Counted from the whole stretch's first letter, positions 50,681 through 63,090 are shown. The stretch is 63,823 bases of DNA, filler included, from Octopus bimaculoides (GCF_001194135.2; 5 parts of 5 records of this genome joined end to end with filler, not necessarily neighbours in it), one strand, 5' to 3'. Notes: a model not told the origin generated them from the letters alone. Program-made: numbers and translations.

Positions 50681-51600
50681 ACCCTTTCAGAGTTCAAACT
50701 GGTGTAAAGCAGGGTTGCCTATGGTCACCAATGATATTTTTGCTAGTAATTGACTTGAACATGAATGAGATAACATCAGGAAGTGACACTGAGATCAGAT
50801 GGACAGCCGTGAAGCAACTTGAAGATATATTATGCAGATGACATAGGACTGCTATCATATAACTACTGGGAGATGCAGTCCAAGGTCATGAAGTTAGTTG
50901 AAGAGACAATGAAAACAGGCCTCCAAATGAACCAGAACAAGACCAAAGTTTTGTGGTTGAACAGGAATCAATTTGAATTGGCCCTGAAACCTTTCTAGAG
51001 ATTGAAAAGTTTGTATATTTAGGCACCATTGTCTCAAAGATTGTTGGAACAGTAGAAGATGTGAGATCCAAGATCAGCAAGGCTTGGTACACTTTCAGCA
51101 GTTGTCAACTGGGCTGGAACTCCAAAGCTATTTCCCTCAAAACGAAACTTTGAATCTTCAGTTCCAATATCAAGGCCATCTTTACTGGTCAGAAACTTGG
51201 TGGGTCACCAAAGCCATAACGAGTAAGCTACTGACCTTTGTCAACAGAAGTCTGTGCTATATCCTCAAGATCTGGTGGCTGGACAAAAATTCATACAGAA
51301 GTCTGTGGGACAGGAGAAACCAAACCCACATCATTCAAAAAATTCTGAAAATGAAATGGGGCTGGATTGATTACGCTCTATGGAAACCTCCAAGCAGGAT
51401 TGCAAGACAAATGTTAGACTGGCAGCCTAAAGGAAAGAGGAAAGTTGGATGACCTGAGAAGACCTTGAAATGATGCATGGAGGATGAAGTAAAAGCAATT
51501 GGTGTCTCTTGGTTTGAAATTAAGGAGGTAGTCCAAGATTGGGTCCACTGACATGAAATGGTTGTGGCCCTATGTTCCTTAGAGAGTAATGTGGACTAAC
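50680..51600 (+). mobile_element. RTE RT/C-terminal fragment, apparently a different subfamily
   Basis: TGVKQGCL, YADDI, FVYLG, LYWSETWWVT and KWGWIDYALWKP..IARQMLDWQPKGKRKVG. Confidence 0.8.
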
Positions 51601-52715
51601 TAATCTAACTACCTTATAATTTGATTAGAAGAGGTCCCAATAAGATTGGAATTGTCATGTACTGCTAAAGATCTGACTCATCTACCACAAGATTCTTTAA
51701 TTTATTAAATTGGGTTTCACTCTGTTTCTCATCACTACAGGTGTAATTTTAATTAATTGAATTTCTGTTGACTTACTACATCAAGTAAGCTAATATCCAC
51801 TTTACTATTAAGTTTCCTTGCAACAGGTGTACCTAGGCATTTCACCTAGTCATTTTAATTTACAATACTATACTGCATTCATTTAGAAAATCCTATTAAC
51901 ATCTCTGTTTATACCAAGACCTTCAGTAACAGACAATATTTCATTGAAGAAGTTGAGCATGGCCTCGCCTCCCACCACATTCCTGAGTTGTCTCTCTGTC
52001 TTGTTTGACAAGAATAATTAATCCTTTAAAAAATCGTTCTTATCACAAAGGCTTTCTGGTGGTATAGTGTGGGACACAGAAGTAGTTGCCCAGGGAGCAT
52101 AAATTCGAAAAATAAATAGAAAAAAGTAGTAACAGTCCATGAGTTAGAGTGCACAATACACTCCTTGCCCTTGGCACTGACAGCACACACGACACCACTA
52201 AAACTTTGTTCTTAATTAAAATTTGGTTTACGCCATCAGGTATACCAGTACCCACTTAACTCGAAAGAAAACTAACAGCACAAACATTTGTTGTAACACT
52301 GTTTTGGGGATAGATGTGACATACTAAATTTTGTGCTATTTTGTCAATTGCCTGAAAATAGTAGTAGTCATGTCTGGTGAGGTATGAACTCAGTGGACAT
52401 GGCTGACAGTCACCACACCCTCGTTCAGTTTTTTTTTTTTTTTACAGAAACCCACATTTTTGGCTATTTTTAATTCCACCCCGCTTCCAATTTGTTCATT
52501 TTTCACTTTTTCAGAAATTTTTTTGGGCGAAATACGTGGGAAAACACAGAGATTATGATACTGAAAACAGTTTTTTTTAAATTTCAATTTTTCAAAAAAA
52601 TTAGTAACCCCCTCCTCCACCCCTTCTGAATGTATGGCATATACACGATGTGTTTAAACCCTTTCGGTCATTGCGCATGTGTAGGGATTTTCCAATCCAT
52701 GCATTAAATAGGCTT

Positions 52716-52815
52716 NNNNNNNNNNNNNNNNNNNNNNNNNNNNNNNNNNNNNNNNNNNNTTAATTAATTAANNNNNNNNNNNNNNNNNNNNNNNNNNNNN
52801 NNNNNNNNNNNNNNN
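52716..52815. other. artificial scaffold join
   Basis: 44 N + TTAATTAATTAA (52760-52771) + 44 N. Confidence 0.9.
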
Positions 52816-52938
52816 GTAGAAACTCTGCCAAATCAGACTGGAGCCTGGTGTTGCCATCCGGTTTCACCAGTCCTCAGTCAAATCGTCCAACCCATGCTAG
52901 CATGGAAAGCGGACGTTAAACGATGATGATGATGATGA
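52816..52938 (+). mobile_element. young RTE 3' tail
   Basis: Two mismatches over about 105 nt versus the reverse complement of 39910-40018; (GAT)n tail. Confidence 0.85.
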
Positions 52939-53191
52939 TCATCACCATCATTTGACATTTGTTTTTCATGCTGGCATGGGTTAAACAACATATGAACTGC
53001 TAACTCCTTCCGATTAAACCTCAGATGTGTTACCATACACCAAACCATCATTTAACATCCACTTTTCTATGCTTGCATGTATCAGACAGAGTTTGAGTCA
53101 GATTTTCTACAGCTAGATGCTCTTCCAGTCACCAACTCTCACCTGTTTTCTAAGCAAGATAATATATACATATATAAATACACACATACAT

Positions 53192-53228
<37 letters not shown>

Positions 53229-53939
53229 NNNNNNNNNNNNNNNNNNNNNNNNNNNNNNNNNNNNNNNNACACACACACACATATATATATATGAGAATAA
53301 AGGCACATTATAGGTGATCCAGGAGTAATATGCCTTCACCAACATATCCAAGCTTAAATTCCACCCACCCCCACCCATAAGAACTAAATACATAATATAT
53401 TAATTAATCTATCTCTCCTTAATATAACCTCCTCACCCCCTTTAATAAAGCTAGCTCTTTCAACTGTGAACCTAATTTAGAACACAGAGAGCATAAGTAC
53501 TTAATCCCCACAAAATTACCCCCCCCCCCACTATGAAAGCCTTACTTGCCATCTCAGCAAAGGCTGTACTTGCAACTGATTTTACTTAACTAAACTTTCT
53601 ATACCATGGGTTAGCGTGTTTTAATTAGCTTAATTTCAATCTGGGTCTAATTTTCAGCCAGCATACTGGTCTACTTCCATTTATTGTTGACCCCATTAGA
53701 GTTACCCATTTAGGACCCCACCCCTGTATAACATACCTTAATTTTAACAACCTAATATTAACTGCACACCTCTTTAGATCGTATTTGCTTGTACTTGGTA
53801 CTGCAGTAGGCACTTTCCTATGAGCTATTATTGCCCTTAGGCATATTTTGTATGAAAGGAAGTGAAATTTTGTGGTAGGCCCCACATGGTTGCACCCAAG
53901 CAAGGGTTGATATAATGACAAGTTTAGTAATATTAACAA

Positions 53940-53982
<43 letters not shown>

Positions 53983-54229
53983 CAAGTATGATTTAGTAAA
54001 CTGTAGTAGGACCCTGTATTTGTAATCATATTAGTAATTATCAAGTGATTTAACTTGTAATCGTTTTGAGCTTTTGTGCTTATGCCTTCTCATGGGTCTA
54101 CAAGGCTGAATGTATTCAGGAACATTTAGACAATTACTGTTTGTCTAGTATAACCACCGCTTAGGACTGTGGCGGGTATTTAAGAAGATAGCTTGTCATA
54201 AAATCTCAAGTAAGATATCACAAGCAAAA

Positions 54230-54254
<25 letters not shown>

Positions 54255-54265
<11 letters not shown>

Positions 54266-54375
54266 ACAGGGTTCTTTTCAGTTTCATTCTAGCAAATCTA
54301 CTCACAAGACTTTGGTCTGCCCAGGGAGATGTGAACTGTGTGAAACCAAAATCACACGGTTGGAAAGCAGTTTTC
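54255..54375 (-). mobile_element. decayed SINE fragment
   Basis: TTTCAGTTTC..AAATCTACTCACAAGACTTTGGTC matches the 32324 family. Confidence 0.55.
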
Positions 54376-54814
54376 TACACACTCACACAAACACAAGTGC
54401 ACAGAGGAAGATCACACCTGTTTTCAGGCAGAGTGTTTAGGCAGGGCTAATTTTTAGATCTTGTGGGAAAACCAACAGACTCAAGTAATTATTACCCTGC
54501 TTTCAAACTGTCTTTTCTTTCTAATTGCTTTCATTCTGCTGAACCAGAAGAGTGTTGAAGCTCATTCACCACAAATTCATCAATCGTCAATTTTACAGTT
54601 TTCACACATTTATTTATAGTGAGATAGAAAGAACCATTTGAACGTGAAAGATCTTGACCTGAGACAAAACACTGTTGGTTAATAGACAGGAATTGTAATC
54701 CTCTTGTGACACATAATACTCTCTATTTAATTGGTTATTGCACATTAGTACACTGACTCGATACATACATGCATGTGTGTGTGTGTGTGTGTGTGTATAC
54801 ACCCTGGAGTATGC

Positions 54815-54955
54815 ATATAAATGCAAAACAAGGTGGAAAAAATAGTACTTGAATACCAGAGGTAGAGTAATATGCTTTATTGAAAAGCAACAAAAATATC
54901 ACGAAAACTGTTACTCAGAGTTTCACGTTCCCGTTTGTCGGACAGTTTGGTTTCT
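54815..54955 (-). mobile_element. HHR-bearing mini-element, minus copy (core mutated to CCGACAA at about 54904-54948)
   Basis: Reverse complement reads AAACTGT-CCGACAA-ACGGGAACGT-GAAACTCTGAGTA-ACAGTTTT. Confidence 0.7.
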
Positions 54956-55065
54956 ATTGCTAGATGTGTGCCAATCACTTTACAGTGTGTGTGCATATAT
55001 GTATGTATGTATCAAGTCAGTGTACTAATGTGCAATAACCCATTCATCAGACATTCTAAACAAAA

Positions 55066-55103
55066 CTGTCTGACGAACGGGAGCGTGAAACTCTGAGTAA
55101 CAG
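55066..55103 (+). ncRNA. minimal type I hammerhead ribozyme motif, intact core
   Basis: CUGU-CUGACGA-ACG(GGAG)CGU-GAAA-CUC-U-GAG-UA/ACAG. All core nucleotides are present and the cleavage triplet is GUA. Confidence 0.75.
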
Positions 55104-55469
55104 CTTTTGTGATAGTCTTGCTGCATTTCAAGTATATATATATATATATATGTACATACATACGTTTTGTTTGTGTGTGTGTGTGTGTGTATGTATGTGA
55201 GTGTGTGTGTGAGTGTGTGTGCGTGCATGTGCATGTGCACGTATGCATTTGAACAATGTTTCCATTGGACAAAATAGAGAGAAGGATACTTATTCTCTGC
55301 AGAACGTTTTTGAAAATGAAGTCCTCCTAATGGTGGCCTCTTATCATGATGCTCTGTTTTCATCAATTTATCAAGTTTCCCATCATTCAATGATTCATTT
55401 CCATCAGCAGTTCTGCAATTATTTGGTGTATAGCAATGGTTGTTCATCAGAGTTTGTAGACCTCTATTC

Positions 55470-55672
55470 AGCAGTGAGCTGGCAGAATCATTAGTATGCT
55501 GGCCAAACACTTAGTAGCATTTCATTCTGAATTCAAATTCTGCCAAGATCAACTTTGCTTTTTATCCATTCCAGGTTGATAAAATAAGTACCAGTTGAAC
55601 ACTGGGGTTCAATATAATTGACTTACACCCTCCCCCAAATTTGCTGGCCTTGTACCAAAATTTGAAACCAAT
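55470..55672 (+). mobile_element. short SINE (GAGCTGGCAGAA-head family), CpG-depleted
   Basis: Homologous to 36362-36555, with nearly all CG converted to TG or CA. Confidence 0.75.
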
Positions 55673-55920
55673 ATTTGTGTTCTTCAGCTGTCAGATAATC
55701 CCAGAGAAAATAATCACAGGTGTGAAATCAAGTGAGCAGGCAGGACATCCAATGTCACCACAGAAAGAGACTGAGTATCCTGAAAACAGTTCCTTCAAAA
55801 CTTGCATTGATCTTATCACCATGTGAGTAATGGCTACATCCTATTTAAACTACATATTTGAATAGTTTTGTGAATGGATTTGTTGGATGGAAACTGAAAG
55901 TAGCCCATCACATATACATA

Positions 55921-55962
<42 letters not shown>

Positions 55963-55972
55963 NNNNNNNNNN

Positions 55973-56012
<40 letters not shown>

Positions 56013-56029
56013 TGTGTGTGCACACACTT

Positions 56030-56455
56030 GCCCACACTGTAAAGTGATTGGCATTAGAAAGCACATCTAGCAGTAGAAACCAAACCGAAGCAGACATTTG
56101 AGCACAACGCATCCTCGTACCTATAAGATCTTGTCAAACTGTCCAAGTCATGCCAGTGTGGAACATGGACGCTAAATGATGATATACATGCATGATTGTG
56201 CATGTGTGTGTGCATGTGTGTCCTTGCCTTGATATCATGTAATGGCTAATATATGAACAGCAGAGCTATACAAGTGATGTTCATTGAAATTTTCAGTAGA
56301 AAACACATCTGGTCAAAGAGAAATATTACCTAGCAGGATAACAGGTGAAGGTTAGAGAATCTACATCAAAAAATTCTCTCTCACCCATACACGCATACGA
56401 AAAGGAACATTAAAACAATGATGATGGCAAGCATATGCATATATATATATCTATA

Positions 56456-56493
<38 letters not shown>

Positions 56494-56745
56494 CTACTCA
56501 TCAAATGAAATGAAGCTACTACTTAATACTATGCCACCTCTCAGTAATTTGTCTTGCATATTACTGATGCCAAGCAAAAAGCACCCAGTACACTCTTCAA
56601 AGTGGTTGGTGTTAGGAAGGGCATCCAGCCGTAAAAAACCATACAAAGCAGAAACTTGAGCTTGGCACAGTCTTATGACTTGCCAGCTCTTGTCCAATAG
56701 TCCAACTCATACCAGCATGGAAAATGGATATTAAATGATGATGAT
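56030..56745 (+). mobile_element. two decayed RTE 3'-tail fragments (about 56030-56185 and 56555-56745)
   Basis: AAAGTGGTTGGTGTTAGGAAGGGCATCCAGC..CAGCATGGAAAATGGATATTAAATGATGATG. Confidence 0.65.
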
Positions 56746-57500
56746 ACACACACACACACACACATACATCAACCTACAAATATATATCTATAAATACATT
56801 CATCTACCAACATATATACACATCTAAATACATACAAACTCATATGCAAAATATTATTTACAGGGGGGAAGACAGAACTGCAAAATTTCTGCCTGTTATA
56901 TAAGGGAGTAATTGAAGTTTGTTTTTTAGAGTGTTTGGAACAGATAACTCATTAACTGATTTCTCATAAGCATAAACTAGGTACTTTTTCCTTCAAATAC
57001 ATATACAGATATGTGTACATGTTTGTGTATGTAGGTATATATGTGTTTTTCAATGATTTCAGTTATTAGTATGTAGTCCTGTGGCCAGATCAGGATGCTA
57101 TCTCGTATGGTATTGTGAATTATACCAAGCACATGACATGGTATAACACACCTTACTTTATCAACATTGAAGAATAAAAAGCAAAGTCTACCTGAGTATG
57201 ATATGAACACAGAAGGTTATGGATTTCTATAATAGCCACTTAGAAGAAACTGTAATTTTACCTCCTGTTTAAAACCTTCAGCCTTAGCGATACTACTAAT
57301 GATGTAAGATATGTTGACGCATTCACATGGGGGGGGGGGCGTTGAATAAATGACAAATTGATGACATTTCTAGAAACATGACTTCAGTACTGTTTAATGG
57401 GGGTTGTTTTCTAGCTGTTAAAAGGGAATGTGTCAAGAAGGCCAGATACGACTGGTTTTCAGCAAATAACACTGAACATTTTATACATACATACACACAT

Positions 57501-57534
<34 letters not shown>

Positions 57535-58869
57535 CCATTTGTATGCGTGTGAGTACGAAAACACACATACATATGTACATACATACATTAAATAGAGTTG
57601 GCTTGTTTCAATGCAAAAAGCTATAAGCCATTACTTTGGGTTTTCAAATTTGGTTCTTGTTTATTTTTTGCTGTTTCTTGTGTTGATTTATTTTGTTTTA
57701 TTTTGCACAGGCAGGTGATTATCTAAGTTTATTGAGTTATCCATAAAATTCTTCTCCTCTCAGTGATTAAAAAATACTCTCTGGATGAGTGTTTTATGGG
57801 GTTTAGGTCCCTAAATTCTACTACGCATTCTCTGAATAGAAGAAAATAAAATATAAATGGACATGTCACTATGGAACAAGCAGTATACAAAGGTATATAT
57901 CATCTGATTGTTAGTATGTGTATGTATCTTTTCTTCTCAAGTATTGGAATCTTTCATATATAGAAGGAGCTGATTTCTAACAAAAAAAAAACAAAAAAAA
58001 CAATGCTCAAATGTTGGAATTTAAAAACAACACTTAACCACCAAAACCTCTTCATTACTTTCACATGTGACTACAAATAGAATCACAGGTACAAGATCAT
58101 AGCTATCTTTCACATTTTAACTTCTCCAGTTATAAGTGGAAAACCAGCCCTAACATATAGCCATAGATATGAACTCATAGCTTCCCAGGTCAAGTAGATC
58201 TCATAACCTTAAAACTAAGGAAGATAACGGATTGCATTATGAAGTGTCAAACATTTGATTGATTAGGTGTCAGAATGGCAAAAGTAGAGATTTTTGCCAC
58301 ATACATACACCTTAATCTGTTTAATGAACAAAATTCTTTGCAATGAAACTGATTTTAAATCTGCAGAGCCTCCAGACCCTGGTAAGAAAGAAATCTTCAT
58401 TATTGATAAGACTTAGATATATCTCAAGATTCCTGCGGTGCCTGAGCAGAAATTCACTTTGCATAAATTAGTCAAACATTTTCCAACTCATTTCTCAAAG
58501 AGACCCAAAGAAGTGAAGACGGCAAACCCTCTTTAGAATAGAAGGAAGCTCCAAACCTCTGCTGGACAGCATGAAATCCTTTGTTCAACAACATGAAATT
58601 GATAATAGATGGATGTTTCAATTCTGTCACTCCTTATAAAAAATTAAATGAACATATCAATATTTAGCTCTGTAAGTTAATAAATTGATTTTCGAATATG
58701 ACATGAAGGGTTCTGATACTACCTTCTTTGCTTTTACACAGTAAAACAGTTGCAATGAAATTATCAGAGTCCAATAAGAACAGTACATTGGAAGCAATGA
58801 AATTTTCTGCTGTTGTTTGGTTTTTACAATGACAGGGAATGGAGACTTCTGGTGATTTGCTGTGCTTGA

Positions 58870-59145
58870 AAAGACATGTCAAGCTAAGTAAAAGTATAGT
58901 TGCCCTTGCATACAGGCTCGTCTCCTGCAACCCTCTCCAGCTGAGCATCCTTAATCTTGAAGGCCAGGAGGTGCTGGTGCCATGTAAAAAGCACATAAAG
59001 TGGTTGGTGTAAGGAAGGGCATCCAGCTGAAGAAACCATACTAAAATAGACATGGAGCTTGAATAGCCCTTCAGATGGTCAGCTCCTGTCAAACCGTCCA
59101 GCCCTTGTCAGCATGGAAAATGGACAATGATGATAATGATGAATG
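58870..59145 (+). mobile_element. decayed RTE 3' tail
   Basis: AAAGTGGTTGGTGTAAGGAAGGGCATCCAGC..CAGCATGGAAAATGGACAATGATGAT. Confidence 0.7.
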
Positions 59146-59510
59146 CATAAAAGGTATGTCTAGTATTCAACTTGTCTACTTAGAAAATAATGTCTCATGA
59201 GTTTACTTCATTCCAACAACTACAGTACAGCAAGCACAACATCCAAAGAATACAATATTTGTAGTTCTTTTTTTTAAATTTGTGCCATCATGATGATATC
59301 TTTTCAAAAGCATTGCTGTACCATCAGGTTTTGTTCAATTAGATATGAAATAACAAGCAACTGAGAAAAAGAAAGTATGGTGGTTCTGATGAAGAACAAT
59401 CTTACACAAGACAGACAAAACCATTGGAAGAGAATATACAGTGCACATCAGTCAACATAAACGCTTCTTTAAGTTCTTCTCTTATGTTTGAAAGCTACAA
59501 GTTTGTTTAA

Positions 59511-59720
59511 CTTTTTAGTATTTAGATTATTCTGCCAAATGTAATGTTTGTTTATTTATATTGTTTTGAATTAATCATGCATTATCTCATTACTTTGAGA
59601 TTTCAATGAGGTAATTGTTTAGTTTTAGAATGAAATTGTAGAGTCGAGGGGAGAAGCCAGATCTGGCCAGTTTCAACATAAATCAGGTTAAATATTTTGG
59701 CCAGTTTGAATGTTAAAGGG
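59511..59720. mobile_element. piggyBac-type MITE
   Basis: TTAA flanks (59507-59510 and 59721-59724) with imperfect ends CTTTTTAGTATT.. / ..AATGTTAAAGGG; 210 bp. Confidence 0.6.
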
Positions 59721-60079
59721 TTAAAAATTTTCAGTCATGAGTGAAGTTTGTAAGAACTATGCCTAGCAGAATAGAACATAGTCAAAAGCATTTGTATCTG
59801 AAACTAATAAGAATCTTCAGATGTTTTTTGTCATGCATTTAAAATTTTAAATAACATTAGAAATCTGTTTCCGTTCAAGTATTATGAAGACTTTGCTGAT
59901 GGTTTCACACATTAAACTTAACAATTTTAACCTGGTAGAGAAATAAGGTACACAATTAATGTTTACATTGCAGCCCTCATCAAACAATAAGAATAAGCTC
60001 AAGGATATAAATGGACAATAATTAAAAAAATAAAGCTTTCCTGAACCTGACCACACTGAAACCAAATAATCTATCAATA

Positions 60080-60450
60080 GGAATTTTGAGGGGGAGATGG
60101 GGAAGATACTATATTGATACATTGCTTTCCTCATCAAAATTCAAACTTACTGAAGACCAAAGGAAGGTCTATTGTCATTTTTTTTTTTTTGACAAGGTTT
60201 GACAATAAGTATCTGGAATTTCTATGGTGTTCTTGGCTAAACTAGAAAAAAATTTTCTGATCAGCCTAAATTTATCACAATGAAATTGTAGTTATTGCAG
60301 TTACTTCTTCAGGTTTAACTGCTATAATCTTTCCAGAAGTTTGTAACAGCTTATTCTGTTTTCAAGTTTTGCTTGAACTTAAACAAAAATGATGGACTTG
60401 TTTGCAATATTGTCAAAATTTGGGGAACAGGGCAAGTTTATTTTATATCT
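60080..60450 (+). mobile_element. Helitron RepHel PIF1-like helicase remnant
   Basis: IVVIAVTSSGLTAIIFP / (frameshift) TAYSVFKFCLNLNKNDGLVCNIVK matches Helitron AVASSGIAATLL.GGRTAHS.FKLPLNL....CNI.K. A decayed P-loop-like stretch lies near 60090. Confidence 0.65.
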
Positions 60451-61442
60451 TTTAGTCATGAGGAAATGGCAGAACCCTTGAGCCTTTGCAAGGTCTCGGA
60501 GAGTTGTGGGAAGTCTTCTGAAACTAGGAGATATGACCCGAATACTTACAACAGAGTAGACTTGACAAAAGTTATGCATAACTGCACTTTGTTAAGCCAC
60601 TGAAACTGGCTCTGAACAACAGAGGCAAGCAGGACACATGGAAGTATATATATTGTAATCTCTGAATAGTAAAACTATCCTAACACCTAATGTGCCAACT
60701 TATTGACAAGATGACAAACAACAAGTCTTATGAAAGATTTTTAAAGTAAAAATAACTTATGGTGATGCATTACACCAAACCCAGTAACAAGTTTCCAAGT
60801 TCACAGTTATATGTTAATTTACTTTACTTCTGTATGATTCCATCACACTATGCTGTCCATCTGTTTATACATCTTTTAATTTACTATTTTGTGATTCTGC
60901 TGTGTTATTTTATTAATCTAGACATTGCATCACTTCTCTACCTAGAAATCTCATATTTCCCCACTGACCTCTCTTCCGCTTTCCCTCCTTCCCTTCTCTC
61001 TTTCTCTCATATTCTCTCTCATCTCCTAGCTATCCGTGCACACATACCTGTCTATCAATATATATAAACACATACATATACATATGTATATATGCATATG
61101 TACACACACACATATCTATATACATACATAAAGATAGTTGTTTATCTTACATCCATTTTTTTTTAATGCTAGCATGGTTAGATAATTATATTACTGAGCC
61201 ATTGCTTCACAGCCAGATGCCGTCCCTTTCACTAACCTGTACTCATCTTTAATAAAGAATCTCATACTCCGCATATCTTGAATGGGAACAAAACCAGTGG
61301 ATAATTTGTTTACCAGGGAAATGACAACACCATCAGCACTTAAAACTCAGTAATTCTCAGAGAAGTACAAATGTCAACAAACATAAAGGCACAAACAAAC
61401 ATGTATTCACACACATGCACTCCACCCCACCCCACACACACA

Positions 61443-61600
61443 TATGGGCTTCTTTCAGTTTCCATCTGCAAAATCCACTCACAAGAGTCTGGCTTGCCTG
61501 AAACTATAGTGAAAGGTACTTGACTAAGATGTTTTGAAGTGGGACTGAACCCAAAACATGGTTGACAAGCAAACTTTTTAACCATACAGCCATACCTGTA
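61443..61600 (-). mobile_element. SINE 5' half (32324 family), decayed
   Basis: Reverse complement reads ACAGGTATGGCTGTATGGTTAAAAAGTTTG..GGGTTCAGTCCCAC. Confidence 0.7.
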
Positions 61601-61664
61601 CTGAGTCATGCCTTGTCTATCAGTTTAACTCCTTCTATCTCCCCACTCCATCTTTTTCTCTCAA

Positions 61665-62022
61665 TACATACATATATACATATATATACATAGAGACATG
61701 CATATATATATACACATATATACATACATATATACATATGTATTTATGTATATTTACATATATATATACATACATATATATATATACATATATATATACA
61801 TATATATATATATACATATATATATACATATATATATATATACATATATATATACATATATATATATATACATATATATATACATATATATATATATACA
61901 TACATATATATANNNNNNNNNNNNNNNNNNNNNNNNNNNNNNNNNNNNNNNNNNNNTTAATTAATTAANNNNNNNNNNNNNNNNNNNNNNNNNNNNNNNN
62001 NNNNNNNNNNNNTATATATATG

Positions 62023-62054
<32 letters not shown>

Positions 62055-62250
62055 TATGTACATGGATGTATACATGTGTATATGCTTGCATGTATGTATG
62101 TGTGAGTGTACATGTGAACACACATACACAACAGACAGACACATCTGTGTGTGTGTGTGTGTATATACATATATATATATAGAGAGAGAAAGAGAGAGAG
62201 ATGTTTATATACATATGTATATACATAAATACACACACACACACGTATAT
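61665..62250. repeat. (TA)n/(TACA)n block containing an artificial join at 61913-62012
   Basis: Direct reading; linker at 61957-61968. Confidence 0.9.
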
Positions 62251-62879
62251 TATATCCATCTCAAATGTCACCCTGCTACAGCATTTCGACATCAGAGAGC
62301 AAAGTGGGATCAACTGTAAGCTGACTCCTTGTCAAAACACTTTCCTTTCTAAAAACGCAGAGGAAGGTGATAAATGAGAATTTACTTGCAATGGAGCCTG
62401 GGAAAATTGTGGGGCACAATCAATTCTATTTGACCTGCTGATCCCTTTAGGGGTTTACAATCCCACCAAAATTCTCTCATACCCAATAATATATATANNN
62501 NNNNNNNNNNNNNNNNNNNNNNNNNNNNNNNNNNNNNNNNNNNNNNNNNNNNNNNNNNNNNNNNNNNNNNNNNNNNNNNNNNNNNNNNNNNNNNNNNNNN
62601 NNNNNNNNNNNNNNNNNNNNNNNNNNNNNNNNNNNNNNNNNNNNNNNNNNNNNNNNNNNNNNNNNNNNNNNNNNNNNNNNNNNNNNNNNNNNNNNNNNNN
62701 NNNNNNNNNNNNNNNNNNNNNNNNNNNNNNNNNNNNNNNNNNNNNNNNNNNNNNNNNNNNNNNNNNNNNNNNNNNNNNNNNNNNNNNNNNNNNNNNNNNN
62801 NNNNNNNNNNTATATATATATATATATAGAAAGAGAGAGAGAGAGAGAGAGAAATATATATATATGTATAAATATATAT

Positions 62880-63090
62880 AGTCAATTCAGACAGGAACAA
62901 GCAAGAAAAAACACGATAAAACAACAACACAAGGATGTGGAATAGGTAGAGTGTTATTGGATGCTCAGGAAAGGAAAGAAAAGAAAGAGGATCTAACGTT
63001 TCGAGCGGAGCTCTTCATCAGAAATATAGAAAAAGTCCAAAGAAGGGAAGACAGAGAAAGAAAATCACCAACGATGGAGATGCGGTCACA
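62880..63090 (-). mobile_element. about 210-bp HHR-bearing mini-element flanked by (TA)n
   Basis: Bounded by ATATATAGTCAATTCA and GGTCACATATAT; homologous to 18345-18560. Confidence 0.65.
62991..63025 (-). ncRNA. minimal type I hammerhead ribozyme motif, intact core
   Basis: AUUU-CUGAUGA-A-GAGC(UCC)GCUC-GAAA-CG-UU/AGAU; palindromic AACGUU stem III, GUU triplet. Confidence 0.7.

Noticed and set aside
53625-53939. 104-aa minus-strand ORF
   Set aside because: No recognisable family; not supportable as a gene.
58367-58381. Possible 15-nt microexon (CAG/AGCCTCCAGACCCTG/GTAAGA)
   Set aside because: Weak polypyrimidine tract and no partner exons found; it needs spliced RNA-seq.
59385-59410. CTGATGAAGAACAATCT
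   Set aside because: There is no GAAA after the hairpin.
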